The notes beneath the pieces were generated by a model. That model was not told the origin of the DNA, did no database searches, and saw nothing but the letters and a program-made list of their open reading frames with translations. Source: an uncultured Gemmataceae bacterium (GTDB lineage: Bacteria; Planctomycetota; Planctomycetia; Gemmatales; Gemmataceae). Taken from it: a stretch of 64,000 bases of DNA. The stretch spans positions 1 through 64,000 of the forward strand of contig CAVVPN010000003.1 in NCBI GenBank assembly GCA_963750165.1. The letters are read 5' to 3'. Position 1 is the stretch's first letter, and the number at the start of each line of letters is the position of its first letter. Of the stretch, positions 10,172 through 19,976 are shown piece after piece. Made by a program: the position numbers and the translations under genes.

Positions 10172-10695
10172 CTACTCCATGGTGAACCGCGAGCCGATGA
10201 GTTCCAGCACCTGGCGCGTGATCTCCCCCTGATGCTCCTTGCGTTCCAGGTCGAGCAGTTCCTGAAGCATTCGCTTGGTGTTGCGCGTGGCCCCGTCCAT
10301 GGCGATCAGGCGGCTCGCCTGTTCCCCCGCGTAGGATTCCGCCGCCGTGCGGTACAGACTGATGAAGGCGTATTCGCTGACCAACCCCGCCAGGATATCG
10401 GCCACGGGAAGGTACCGATGGTACTCCCTGGCCGGCCGCGGCAGGCTGGACAGGTCCAGGGGCAGGATGCGTTCCTCCGTCGGCACCTGTTCGCTGACCG
10501 AGCGGTAGCGGCTGTAGATCACGTGCAGTTCCCCGGCCTCCCCCCGTGCGTAGCGTCCGTCCATCATCGTCGCCAACCGCTTCACCAGGTCGCGCAGGCC
10601 CTGCAGGGACGTGGCCCCCGCGTCGCTGGCATCGGGCACAACCCCCCGCGCCATAAGCTGGCGCAGCCCGCGCTGGCCGACGACCACCAGGGATG
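10172..10695 (-). pseudogene. atpG: F0F1 (N-ATPase-type) gamma subunit, C-terminal fragment
   Basis: 'AESYAGEQASRLIAMDGATRN...L.....Q.EIT..VLELI'; N-terminus and the rest of the operon are absent. Confidence 0.75.
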
Positions 10696-10763
10696 ACGGG
10701 CCGGGTGGGTGAGACCTGGCGGGACGACCCCGGCTGCGTCGCCCGGGTGCCTAATTCCTCATT

Positions 10764-10977
10764 TAGCGCGGTTCGCAGTTGTGTGGCCCACGAACGGCAG
10801 GCCAGTGCTCCCGAACCGTCCTGCAAACTGCGCGAGCCGCTCCCAGGCTCGAATCTCGACGTGTGAAAAAGTTGGCCCCCTTGGCCTCCTTGGCCCCCTT
10901 GCTGTGGCAGCGCAGGCCGCTGGAGGTCAGCCCGTGCCCGCCGCCACTTGTGCGCAAACCGTGCCTGAACCGCTCTC
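10764..10977 (+). mobile_element. MITE-like dispersed repeat with a CTCGACGTGTGAAAAAG core followed by a 9-mer (CCTTGGCCC) tandem
   Basis: Core 10851-10942 nearly identical to 26184-26275; ends GCGGTTC/GAACCGCTC. Confidence 0.7.
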
Positions 10978-11646
10978 GCCCAATCCGTTCCTCAGCCGCT
11001 GCGTTCTCGCGATGCGCTCCTGGTACGACATTTCCAGCTTGCCGGTGGGAGTGCCGTCGGCGCCAGGCGGTGTGACCCGTGCACCCGGGCGAGGGAGCAG
11101 GTTGATGCGTTCTTTCCAACCCAGGTCGATCTGACCTCCGCACCCAACAGCATGTCACAAATCCGCTTCAGTCTTTCAGACCGAAGCAGGCAAGGTTACC
11201 TACTTCACAAGCCCACCCCGCACGGGGCCGACTTCAGCATAAGTGCTGCGCGCCTGAACGGGGGCAGGCAACTCCGGGGCTGGAGACCTTGCCATTCGCC
11301 GTCCTCGGCACCGCCCAGATGTTGTCCACTTCGAGCGGTCGGGTTTCTGGCGTGAGACTCCGGCGAGTCAGTACAAGGCCGCCTTTCGCTTCGACTCAAC
11401 CGGTGTCACCTTGATCGACACCGCAGCAAAATAACCCAGACTGCGGCGCGAAAATTGCTTTCACATTCTACCTGGTGCCGGCGAATTTCCTATTGGCGCC
11501 CATCTTCGACGCCACCGTGCCCAGTGGATCTCCCACCTCGCCTGAAGCAGCACCGTTGTGCCAGCAGATGTCTTCTCGTTTTTGACATCCGCTTGCTCAG
11601 ACGGCCAACTCTGGTCGAGGCAGGGCTTGAGACATTGGGGGATAAC

Positions 11647-11920
11647 ATGAGTCACCAAGGTCAGCCGATAATTGCCGGGGCCGGGCCGGTTGGGCTTGGC
11701 GCCGCACTGTTCCTGGGCCGGCCAGGCCGGGTTGCCCGAGTCGTCGAGATGCGCGACGAGCCCTCCCAGGAGTCGAGAGCACTGGCTGTCAACCCGCGCA
11801 CGCTCGACATCCTGGAGCCGACCGGCGTCACCAGCCGGATGCTGCAACGGGGTTCGCGGATCCACGGAGTCCGCTACTACCGGCACGGACGGATCATCGC
11901 GCACCTGTCGTTCGCGGGCA
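11647..11920 (+). pseudogene. FAD-dependent monooxygenase N-terminal fragment
   Basis: 'IIAGAGPVGL.AAL.L', 'SRALAVNPRTLDIL'; similarity stops after about 90 aa. Confidence 0.7.
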
Positions 11921-12011
11921 GCGAAGGCGGGCTGAACTTGGAGATGCAGCCGACTGCAGGGCTGAAGCTGAATTGCCGGCGGCAGACCGAAGCGTGCGAA
12001 GGAGGTGCCCA

Positions 12012-12755
12012 ATGGCCGCAGCCAAGCAAGTGGTCCCCGGCCTGTTCGTCATTCCGACCGGGGTCGTCAACACGTTCCTGCTCGACGCCGCCGACGGATG
12101 CGCCCTCATCGACGCCGGGCTGCCGGACCGCGTCAATGACATCCTGCGCGGGATCGCGGCGGCGGGCAAGCGGCCCGCCGACGTCCGCCATCTGATCGTC
12201 ACCCACGCCCACCCCGACCACATCGGCAGCCTGGCCGCCCTCCGGGCGGCCACCGGGGCGGCCGTGTACTGCCACCCGGCCGACGCGGCGATCATCACGG
12301 CCGGGGGCGGCTTCCGCCCGCTGAGCGTCTCTCCGGGGGTGGTCAGTTGGCTCGTGTGGCGGCTGTTCATCCGGCCGATCCTCCGCCGCTACCCGCGCGT
12401 CGAGCCCACGCCGGTGGACCAGCACCTGTCCGACGGGCAGGTGCTGCCCATCGCCGGCGGTCTGACGGTCGTCCATGCCCCCGGCCACTGCGCCGGGCAG
12501 GTCGCCCTCCTGTGGGCGGCGCACGGTGGAGTTCTGCTGGCGGCTGACGCCGCGGCCAACGTCCTTGGACTGAGGCCGTCTCCCGCCTACGAAGACCTGG
12601 CCGTGGGCGAACAGTCGCTGCGGCGGCTGTCGGCGCTCAATTTCCAGGTCGCCTGTTTCGGGCACGGCAAGGCCATTGTCGGCGAGGCCGCCGTCCGGTT
12701 CCGCCGGCACTGGCCGGTCGCCCGCGCCTCGGACGCCGAACTAGCCCAGGTGTGA
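12012..12755 (+). CDS. MBL-fold metallo-hydrolase
   Basis: THAHPDHIG, HAPGH, AADA, FGHG motifs; strong RBS AAGGAGG. Confidence 0.9.
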   Translation: MAAAKQVVPGLFVIPTGVVNTFLLDAADGCALIDAGLPDRVNDILRGIAAAGKRPADVRHLIVTHAHPDHIGSLAALRAATGAAVYCHPADAAIITAGGGFRPLSVSPGVVSWLVWRLFIRPILRRYPRVEPTPVDQHLSDGQVLPIAGGLTVVHAPGHCAGQVALLWAAHGGVLLAADAAANVLGLRPSPAYEDLAVGEQSLRRLSALNFQVACFGHGKAIVGEAAVRFRRHWPVARASDAELAQV

Positions 12756-12877
12756 AAGGAGGTGCCCAATGGCTGAATCTCCTCTGCGCCCCACCGTGGC
12801 CGACCGGAGTCGCCTCGGCAATGGAAGGAAAGGCGCGACACGCGCGGACCACGGCAACGACATGATCCGCGCCGACC

Positions 12878-13200
12878 ATTCGCGGACCATCGGGCAGGGC
12901 CGGGTGGTCGATGAGCTGATTGCTCGCTTCACGCATTCGATCCGCATGGACTGGCTGCTGCCCGGCATCCCACCGACCGGCAAGCGCGTGGAGCTGCCGT
13001 TCGTCGTCATCGTGCAGTTCGACGGCGACAAGCTGGCGCACGAGCACCTCCACTGGGACCAGGCTTCGGTGCTCGTCCAGGTCGGCCTGCTCAACCGGAC
13101 GCTTCCCGTCTGCGGCGGCGAGATCGCGGCGCAAGTGCTGAATCCGACACAACCGATGAATGAACTCATCCACCGGACATCGAACAACGGCAACAGGTGA
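12878..13200 (+). pseudogene. SnoaL-like/ester cyclase domain fragment
   Basis: 'SRTIG..RVVDE.I..FTH...MDWLLPGIPPTGKRVE.P.VV...F.GDKL.HEH.HWDQASVL.Q'; fused to an unrelated N-terminus starting at 12769. Confidence 0.7.
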
Positions 13201-13233
13201 GTCGCTGGCGTCAGGTCATCAGAGGCGAGAAAC

Positions 13234-14700
13234 ATGAACGCTTTCACGAACAAGGGCACCGGCAGCACGGCCGGCAACAGCGGTATCCGCCCAGCGACCA
13301 CCAAGGAATCGAGCCTGCAGGCGACCAGGGATGAGCCGCATCCGACGCCCCTCTCGGAGGCAACCAACCTGTTCCTGTCCGGGAACTTCGCTCCGGTTGA
13401 AGCGGAGACCACCTGCTTCGACCTGGACGTGCATGGCACGATCCCCGAGGAACTCAACGGACGGTTTCTCCGGATCGGTCCGAACCCGATCGGGCCGATC
13501 GATCTGCTGCGATTCCACTGGTTCCTCGGCACTGGCATGGCGCACGGGCTGCGGCTGCGGGGCGGGCTCGCGGAGTGGTATCGCAACCGGTTCGTGCTCG
13601 ACGCCCAGGCTGCCCAGGCACTCGGCCGTGCCCCGATCCCCGGCCCGGGCGCCGGAAGTCGCGACGGCGTCGTCAATACTCACTTCACCACAGCCGCAGG
13701 TAAGCTGTACGCGCTGGTCGAGGCCGGCAATCTGCCGATTGAACTCGACGATGAGCTGGAGAGCGTCGCCCGCTCCGACTTCGGCGGCACGCTGGAGGCC
13801 GGCTTCGCGCCGCATCCCAAATACGACCCCGCGACAGGGGTTCAACACGCGATCGCCTACGAGCCGGGCCTGCCCGTGCGCTACCTCACACTCGACGCGG
13901 CTGGCCGCGCTGCCACCGTGGCGCGGATCGAGCTGCCGCACACGCCGATGATCCACGACGTTGCCTTCACCGCTTCGAGCATCGTCGTGCTCGACCTGCC
14001 CGTGACGTTCCAGCCCGAATCGGCGCGGACCGGCCTGCCCTGGCTCTGGGACGAGCGGAGGGACGCTCGGGTCGGCCTCTTGCCGCGCGACGGCGACGTG
14101 GGGCGGCTGCAATGGTTCGCGGCGCCGCGCTGCTTCGTCTTCCACTTCCTCAACGCCTACGACGACGGCGACCGGACGATCGTCGATCTGGTCCGCTACC
14201 CGCGGATGTTCGCGGCCGATCCGAGCGGACCCAGCGAGGGACCGTCCCTGCTGGCCCGCTGGACACTCGACCGTTCGAGCGGCCGGCTCATCGAGACGAT
14301 CCTTGACGAGCGCGCACCGGAGTTCCCGCGGATCAACGGGGCCTTCGCCGGGCGCCCCTACCGCTACGGCTACACCGCACATGCGCCGGACGGGGGCCAC
14401 AACGGCCCGGCCATCAAGCATGACCTGGAGCGGTGCTCGTCCGAGATCCACGACTACGGTCCCGGCCGCGTCACGCTCGAACCGGTCTTTGTCCCGCGCC
14501 CCGACCCTCGCGCCGAGGATGACGGTTGGATCCTGTCTTACGTCTACGACGCCAACCGCGACCAGAGCGACGTCGTGATCCTCAACGCCCGTGATTTCGG
14601 CGGCGATCCCGTCGCGATCATCCGTCTGCCCGTCCGTGTCCCCTACGGGTTCCACGGCGGCTGGGTGGCTGAAGGGTCCGCCAACCCGCCGGTCGCGTGA
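13234..14700 (+). CDS. Carotenoid cleavage oxygenase / lignostilbene dioxygenase family protein
   Basis: 'LSGNFAPV..E', 'GPNP', 'HWF.G.GM.H', Fe-ligand His motifs (PHPK, MIHD, FHFLN, GFHG), 'EPVFVP...EDDGW'. Confidence 0.9.
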   Translation: MNAFTNKGTGSTAGNSGIRPATTKESSLQATRDEPHPTPLSEATNLFLSGNFAPVEAETTCFDLDVHGTIPEELNGRFLRIGPNPIGPIDLLRFHWFLGTGMAHGLRLRGGLAEWYRNRFVLDAQAAQALGRAPIPGPGAGSRDGVVNTHFTTAAGKLYALVEAGNLPIELDDELESVARSDFGGTLEAGFAPHPKYDPATGVQHAIAYEPGLPVRYLTLDAAGRAATVARIELPHTPMIHDVAFTASSIVVLDLPVTFQPESARTGLPWLWDERRDARVGLLPRDGDVGRLQWFAAPRCFVFHFLNAYDDGDRTIVDLVRYPRMFAADPSGPSEGPSLLARWTLDRSSGRLIETILDERAPEFPRINGAFAGRPYRYGYTAHAPDGGHNGPAIKHDLERCSSEIHDYGPGRVTLEPVFVPRPDPRAEDDGWILSYVYDANRDQSDVVILNARDFGGDPVAIIRLPVRVPYGFHGGWVAEGSANPPVA

Positions 14701-14814
14701 ACGCTCTTGCCCGGCGGGGCTGGAGGAAAACCTTGGCCGACCTGTACTCACCGGGAACCAGCGCGAGGTGGGTTAGACGCAGCGGAATGGAGGGAACTAC
14801 CCTGCAGTTCTTTC

Positions 14815-14888
14815 ACCTCGCCTCGGACGAGAGCAGCTTCACCACGGGCATCAACCTCGTCGCCGACGGCGGGCTGTCGGAGTTCTGA
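14815..14888 (+). pseudogene. Short-chain dehydrogenase (SDR) extreme C-terminal fragment
   Basis: 'LASDESSFTTGINLVADGG'. Confidence 0.6.
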
Positions 14889-14947
14889 CGACCGCCGGTT
14901 GCCGACTGGCGGGACACAGGACCGAGGAACGCAACGGGAAGAATGAG

Positions 14948-15421
14948 ATGGGCGTTGACCTTGTTATACGGCTGGTCGCCATCCTGCTGGCTGCTCTCGC
15001 CACCGGTGGCCTGATGGTCAATTGGATCGGCCTCGCACGGGCGATGGCTCGGGTTTCGTCCGCTTCGGCGTACACGGAGTTTCATCAAGCGACCAACCGA
15101 ACGTTCGATCCCTACATGCCGATCGTGGTGTTCGGCGCTATTTTCGGCGGCATTGCGCTCGCGGTGGTCGCTTCCGGGGCGAATCCCGCATCCGGTCCAC
15201 TCGCGATCTCGGGCGCCGCCTGCTATGCCGTCGTAATTGCGATTGCTCTATCGACCAACGTGCGCATCAACAAACGCATCGCAGGATGGTCGATCCAGTC
15301 TCCGCCTGACAACTGGATGGCCATTCGCGCGGGCTGGATTCGGTGGCACGTCCTGCGCACGCTGGTGTCGGTCCCGGGTCTCGTTTGTTATATCTTGTCC
15401 GCTCTGCTCAGTGCTCGGTGA
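14948..15421 (+). CDS. DUF1772 / anthrone-oxygenase-like membrane protein
   Basis: Four hydrophobic helices; 'NVRINKRIAGW....PPDNW...R..W..WH..RT'. Confidence 0.75.
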   Translation: MGVDLVIRLVAILLAALATGGLMVNWIGLARAMARVSSASAYTEFHQATNRTFDPYMPIVVFGAIFGGIALAVVASGANPASGPLAISGAACYAVVIAIALSTNVRINKRIAGWSIQSPPDNWMAIRAGWIRWHVLRTLVSVPGLVCYILSALLSAR

Positions 15422-15494
15422 ATCGGTACGGGATCGAGATTCTGCCGCAGCACGGCGACCGGGCGCGCTCGCCCACAGACCACAGGAGAGATCG

Positions 15495-15953
15495 ATGAGA
15501 CACGAACTACTTACCGCGACCCTGTTCGCCGCGACGATGGTCCCGAGTGGGCAGACCGACGAGCCCGCCCCCGAGAAGCAAGTCGCGGCGCTCTCGGAGC
15601 AGCACCGCCTGGCCGCCATCAAGGGCGACACGAAGGTTCTCGACGCTGTGCTGGCCGACGACTGGGTTGTCGTCGGCCCCACCGGCGCGGTCGAGACCAG
15701 GCGCCAGCAGGTGAAGAAGATCAAGGACAAGAGTCTCGTCTTCGAGGCGATCGATCCCAGGGAGGTCAAGGTGCGGGTCCACGGCGACGCGGCGATCGTG
15801 ATGGGACTCTATCACATCAAGGCGACCCTCAACGGAAGGACGGTCGATGGCGTCTTCCGCAACACCGAGGTCTTCACCAGGCAGGCGGGGACGTGGCGGT
15901 GCGTCTTCAATCAAGTCACACCGGTGGCGGAGCCGCCGGCCGAGAAGCGCTGA
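15495..15953 (+). CDS. NTF2-like (DUF4440) secreted protein
   Basis: RBS AGGAG; signal-like N-terminus; 'LDAVLADDW', 'VRVHGDAAIV.G', 'FRNTEVF.R..G.WR'. Confidence 0.75.
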   Translation: MRHELLTATLFAATMVPSGQTDEPAPEKQVAALSEQHRLAAIKGDTKVLDAVLADDWVVVGPTGAVETRRQQVKKIKDKSLVFEAIDPREVKVRVHGDAAIVMGLYHIKATLNGRTVDGVFRNTEVFTRQAGTWRCVFNQVTPVAEPPAEKR

Positions 15954-15982
15954 CGGCGGCCCCGCCACGGAGGAAGTGAACG

Positions 15983-17339
15983 ATGACGCAGGAACAGAAC
16001 GCGCGCAGCGCACAGGCCGTCCAGATGCTCACCGCGCAACTGGGTGCCGCCAAGGTGCTCTCGTCCGGCCCAGCCTACGACGAGGCACGGCATGTCTGGA
16101 ATGCCGCCGTCACCCGCCGCCCGGCCGTGATCGTCCGTTGCGAGAGCACGGGCGACGTTCAATCCTCCGTCCGAGCCGCCAGGACGTGCGGCCTGTCGCT
16201 GTCGGTCCGGGGGGGGTGGGCATGACTGGGCGGGGCGTGCCCTGCAGGGAGAACTGGTCGTCGATCTCACCCGGATGCGGCAGGTCAGCGTTGCCGGTCG
16301 AGTGGCCACCATCGGTGGCGGCGCGACCACGATGGCGGTGGCCGAGGCGGCCCAACCCTATGGGTTGGCGGCGGTGACCGGCACGATGGGGTGCGTCGGG
16401 ATGGCGGGCCTCACGCTCGGGGGTGGCTACGGCCCCCTCACGGGGCGGTTCGGCATGGCGTCGGACAATCTCCTGGGAGCAGAAGTGGTGCTCGCCGACG
16501 GCCGGGTGGTTCGGGCCGATGAGACGCACGAGCCGGACCTGTTCTGGGCACTTCGCGGCGGCGGTGGCAACTTCGGAGTGGTCACCAGCCTGCGCGTGCG
16601 GTTGCATCCGGTCGCCGATGTGTCGGCCGGCGTCGTCGCCTTCCCCTGGGAGCAAGCCAGGAGTGTCTTCAAGGCCTATGACGATCTGGTCGTGGCGATT
16701 CCGGATGAACTCACCCTGACACCCGGATTGTTGCCAGGCCAGGATGGCAAGCTGACCGTCCTGATGCTCCACGCGTGGTGCGGCGACCGGCGCGAGGATG
16801 AGCGCGTGCTCGATGTGGTCAAGGGCCTCGGCGCACCGAGCCTGGTTCAGGTCGGCAGAACGAGTCCCGCGCAGATGCTGAAGGATGCCGATCCGCTGGT
16901 TCTCCATGACGTGAACTGGATCGTCCGCACGGTGACGCTGGCCAAACTGGAGCCCGGAGCCGTCGAGGCTCTCATCGCTGGCATGGAACTCCGCAGCTCG
17001 CCGCTGAGCTGGATTGGCGTGCATCCATTCCACGGGGTCGGTGAGCGCATCGCTCTGGAATCGACGGCCTTCGGCCTCAGGGCACGTCACTTCATGGTCG
17101 GGATCTTCGCCGCCTGGGAGCGCGGCGAGGATGCTCCGCACCGGGCCTGGGCCGACGCGGTCGAGGCAAAGCTGTTGCCCTACGCATTGCCGAGCGCCTA
17201 CCCCAACTATTTCGGACCGGATCGCCCGGCGCAGGCCGCGCAGGCCTATGGGCGGAACACCGCCCGGCTCCTGGGGATCAAAGCGCACTACGACCCGAAC
17301 GGCGTGTTCGCCGCGACGTCCCTGCCGGTGCTGGCCTAA
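15983..17339 (+). CDS. FAD-binding oxidoreductase (berberine-bridge-like); frameshift in G-run at about 16209-16216
   Basis: 'RPAVIVRC', 'SVRGG(G)HDW', 'GLTLGGGYG', 'DLFWALRGGGGNFGVVT', 'AYG.N..RL..IK..YDP..VF'. Confidence 0.85.
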
Positions 17340-17354
17340 CCCGAGGAGATGTTC

Positions 17355-18380
17355 ATGAAAACCACGCTGTGCGACACGCTGGGGATCGACTACCCGATCT
17401 TCGCCGCGCCGATGGGGCCCGACCTGACCGGCTCCGATCTCGTCGCGGCGGTGAGCAACGCCGGCGGCCTCGGCATCCTGCAGGCACAACTCTGCACGCC
17501 GCCGGTCTTCCGCCAGGAGATCCGCCGCATGCGGGCGCTCACCGCCAGGCCGTTCGGGGTGAACCTGGTTCTCCACTTCCCCGTCGAGGAGCAGGTCGCC
17601 ATCTGCCTGGAAGAGCGGGTGCCCGTCCTCTCCCTCTTCTGGGGTGATCCGACGCCGTACGTGGGGCGTGCCCACGCGGCGGGCGTGAAGGTCTTCCATC
17701 AGGTCGGCTCGGTCGCGGAGGCCCGCCGGGCGGCGGCCGCGGGGGTGGACGTCATCATCGCGCAGGGCGTCGAGGCAGGCGGCCACGTGGCCGGGGCAGT
17801 CTCCACCCTGGCCCTGGTCCCGCGGGTTGTCGATGCGGTCGCCCCGCGGCCGGTGGCCGCCGCCGGCGGCATCGGGGACGCCCGCGGCGTGGTGGCCGTC
17901 CTGGCCCTGGGGGCGCAGGCCGCGGTGTTGGGCACACGCTTTCTGGCCAGCGCCGAGTCGCGCGCCCACCCGCACTACAAGCAGAAGTTGTTGGAGGCCG
18001 GCGAGGAAGACACGGTTCGCACCATCCTGTTCGGCCACGGCTGGCCCAACGCCCCGCACCGGACCTTGCGGACGGCGTTCGTGCGGCAGTGGCTCGACCA
18101 GGAGGCTCGGGGCCAGGAATCGCGCCCGGACGAGCCGGCAGTCGGCCAGACCGTCGTCGGCGGGCAGACGATGCCAGTGCTGCGGTTCATGGGGCTCCCG
18201 CCGAATTGTGACGCCAGTGGGGATATCGAGTCGATGGATTTGTTAGCGGGCCAGAGCGTTGGCCTGGTCGGGGAGATCAAGCCGGCCAGTCAGATCGTTC
18301 GCGAACTGGTGGAGGAGGCACGGCAAATCGTCTCGCAGCGTCTGGCCGGTTTGGTCGCAAGAGGAGCAGGCTGCGGCTAA
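17355..18380 (+). CDS. Nitronate monooxygenase family flavoprotein
   Basis: 'LGIDYPI..APM', 'AAVSNAGGLG', 'AQGVEAGGH', 'AAGGIGD.RG', 'LGTRF'. Confidence 0.9.
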   Translation: MKTTLCDTLGIDYPIFAAPMGPDLTGSDLVAAVSNAGGLGILQAQLCTPPVFRQEIRRMRALTARPFGVNLVLHFPVEEQVAICLEERVPVLSLFWGDPTPYVGRAHAAGVKVFHQVGSVAEARRAAAAGVDVIIAQGVEAGGHVAGAVSTLALVPRVVDAVAPRPVAAAGGIGDARGVVAVLALGAQAAVLGTRFLASAESRAHPHYKQKLLEAGEEDTVRTILFGHGWPNAPHRTLRTAFVRQWLDQEARGQESRPDEPAVGQTVVGGQTMPVLRFMGLPPNCDASGDIESMDLLAGQSVGLVGEIKPASQIVRELVEEARQIVSQRLAGLVARGAGCG

Positions 18381-18891
18381 CCAACGGCCAAGCTGCCGGG
18401 GCCGCTCGCGTTCACACGCTTTTGGCTCGTCAGATTCGTGATCATGGTCCGTGGTGGCTTTCATCGTCCCGCCTAGCCAGGCGCTCCCAGGACGCCACGC
18501 AAGTAACAGTGCCCGCGACTTCACCCGCCTCCGCCCACCCCCAAGACAACACGTATCGGGGTAGATCCTGGCTTATCTGATGACCATTTCTCTGTCATTC
18601 ACAATTTCGGACATGGTGGAGCGGGGTTCACTTTGTTTTGGGGTTCAGCACGGGAAGTCCTGCGCTTGTTGGGAGGTCCGTCATGAGTGACCTTCGCATC
18701 CGAGCGAACCGCGGTCTAAACTGGTAATGGAGCTACCTGGTGCGGTACGCGGCATCAATTTTGCCCGTGCAGTCACCTTGAGGTCGGTGTGGACGGATAG
18801 CGGCCACAGGCCCTCTGTCGCCGCCCGCCCGGATTTGCTAGAATGACCTGAGCCAATGGATTGGCAAACCTCAGGTCGGGAGAAGACCGCC

Positions 18892-19356
18892 ATGAACAAG
18901 TCCTTGCTCAAACTACCGCTGGAGAAGAAACGCGAATTGCTCCGCGCCCGTCAGCTGGCCCGGCAGTTTGCCGGCCTGCTGGGCTTCGACGCCATCGAGC
19001 AGGCAGCCATTGCGGCCGCGGTGTTCGAGGTCGCCCGCCAGGCCCGGGCCGCCGCCGCCACTGCCGTGCTGCACTTCCAGGTGGTCGATGACGTGTTCCT
19101 GGTGCAGCCCGAAGGCGTTCCGGTCGGAACGGCGCCGCTGCGGTTGGAGAAGCCCCGGCCGTCGAGCGCGACACGGCCGGCGGGCGAGGATCTGGCGTGG
19201 GTGGTGAGCCGGTTGGTGGAGTTGACGCCGTTCACCGTCCTGGAGGAGGTCCAGCGGCAGAACCAGGAATTGCTGCGCACAGTGGCGGAGTTGAAGGCGT
19301 GTCAGGCGAAACTGGAGCAGTTGACGGCGCCGCAGACGAAGCCGAGCGCGGCGTAG
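18892..19356 (+). CDS. Hypothetical protein resembling the RsbT-like N-terminal module of stressosome-associated histidine kinases
   Basis: 'ARQLARQFAGLLGFD..EQ..IA.AV.EVAR' and C-terminal coil 'EEVQRQNQELL'. Confidence 0.55.
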   Translation: MNKSLLKLPLEKKRELLRARQLARQFAGLLGFDAIEQAAIAAAVFEVARQARAAAATAVLHFQVVDDVFLVQPEGVPVGTAPLRLEKPRPSSATRPAGEDLAWVVSRLVELTPFTVLEEVQRQNQELLRTVAELKACQAKLEQLTAPQTKPSAA

Positions 19357-19372
19357 CGGGGAGCGCTGGTTT

Positions 19373-19410
19373 TGGTCGGAGCCCGCGCTGGCGCTCGGGC
19401 TCCGACCCAA
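19373..19410. terminator. Hairpin between convergent genes
   Basis: GGTCGGAGCCCG...CGGGCTCCGACC stem. Confidence 0.5.
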
Positions 19411-19414
19411 TCGG

Positions 19415-19891
19415 TTAACTCCCGAGCTTGAGCTGTTTGCTGATGCCCTCCCACGCCTCCTTGCGCAGCCGCTCATAACTGTTGGCGTACTCCTGCTTGC
19501 CGGTGCTCCAGAACTCCTTCAGCACGACCGTCTGGCGGCGCAAGAGTTGGTTGAGTTGCCGCAGCTTGTACAGGCCGATCCGATCCTCCTTGCCGATGTC
19601 CATCTTGCCGACCAGCTCCAGCTTCTTGTCGGTGGCGTCCACGAGCCCGAGCACGGATTCGATGAGTTGACGGGCGGCCTTTTCGTCGTAGGTGCCGGCC
19701 GCCTTGCCGTCCGCGACCAGGCCGATGTTGAGGTAACCCTGATACACCTGCGAGGCGGTGAGCAGTCCGACTGTCTCCAGCAGAAGTTGACGTTCCTTGG
19801 CGGCGGCGTCCTCCCTGGTGCCCTGGGCCGTCGCCGTGGGGCACCAGACGACCAGGCCGACCACCGCTACCCAGCCAGCGTACTTACGCAT
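19415..19891 (-). CDS. Hypothetical secreted helical protein
   Basis: Signal-peptide-like N-terminus, coding-like composition, GGAGG upstream. Confidence 0.7.
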   Translation of the reverse strand: MRKYAGWVAVVGLVVWCPTATAQGTREDAAAKERQLLLETVGLLTASQVYQGYLNIGLVADGKAAGTYDEKAARQLIESVLGLVDATDKKLELVGKMDIGKEDRIGLYKLRQLNQLLRRQTVVLKEFWSTGKQEYANSYERLRKEAWEGISKQLKLGS

Positions 19892-19976
19892 GGGTCGATC
19901 CTCCGCAAACGCACTGGAGCCGGAGGCTGGGCACCCTCCGGCTCTGCTGATTCAGGGGTGTGAGCGGCTCCGCTGC

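Noticed and set aside
18420..18850. AT-richer intergenic stretch as a possible ncRNA or island boundary
   Set aside because: No recognisable RNA motif, att repeat or IS end could be supported by eye.
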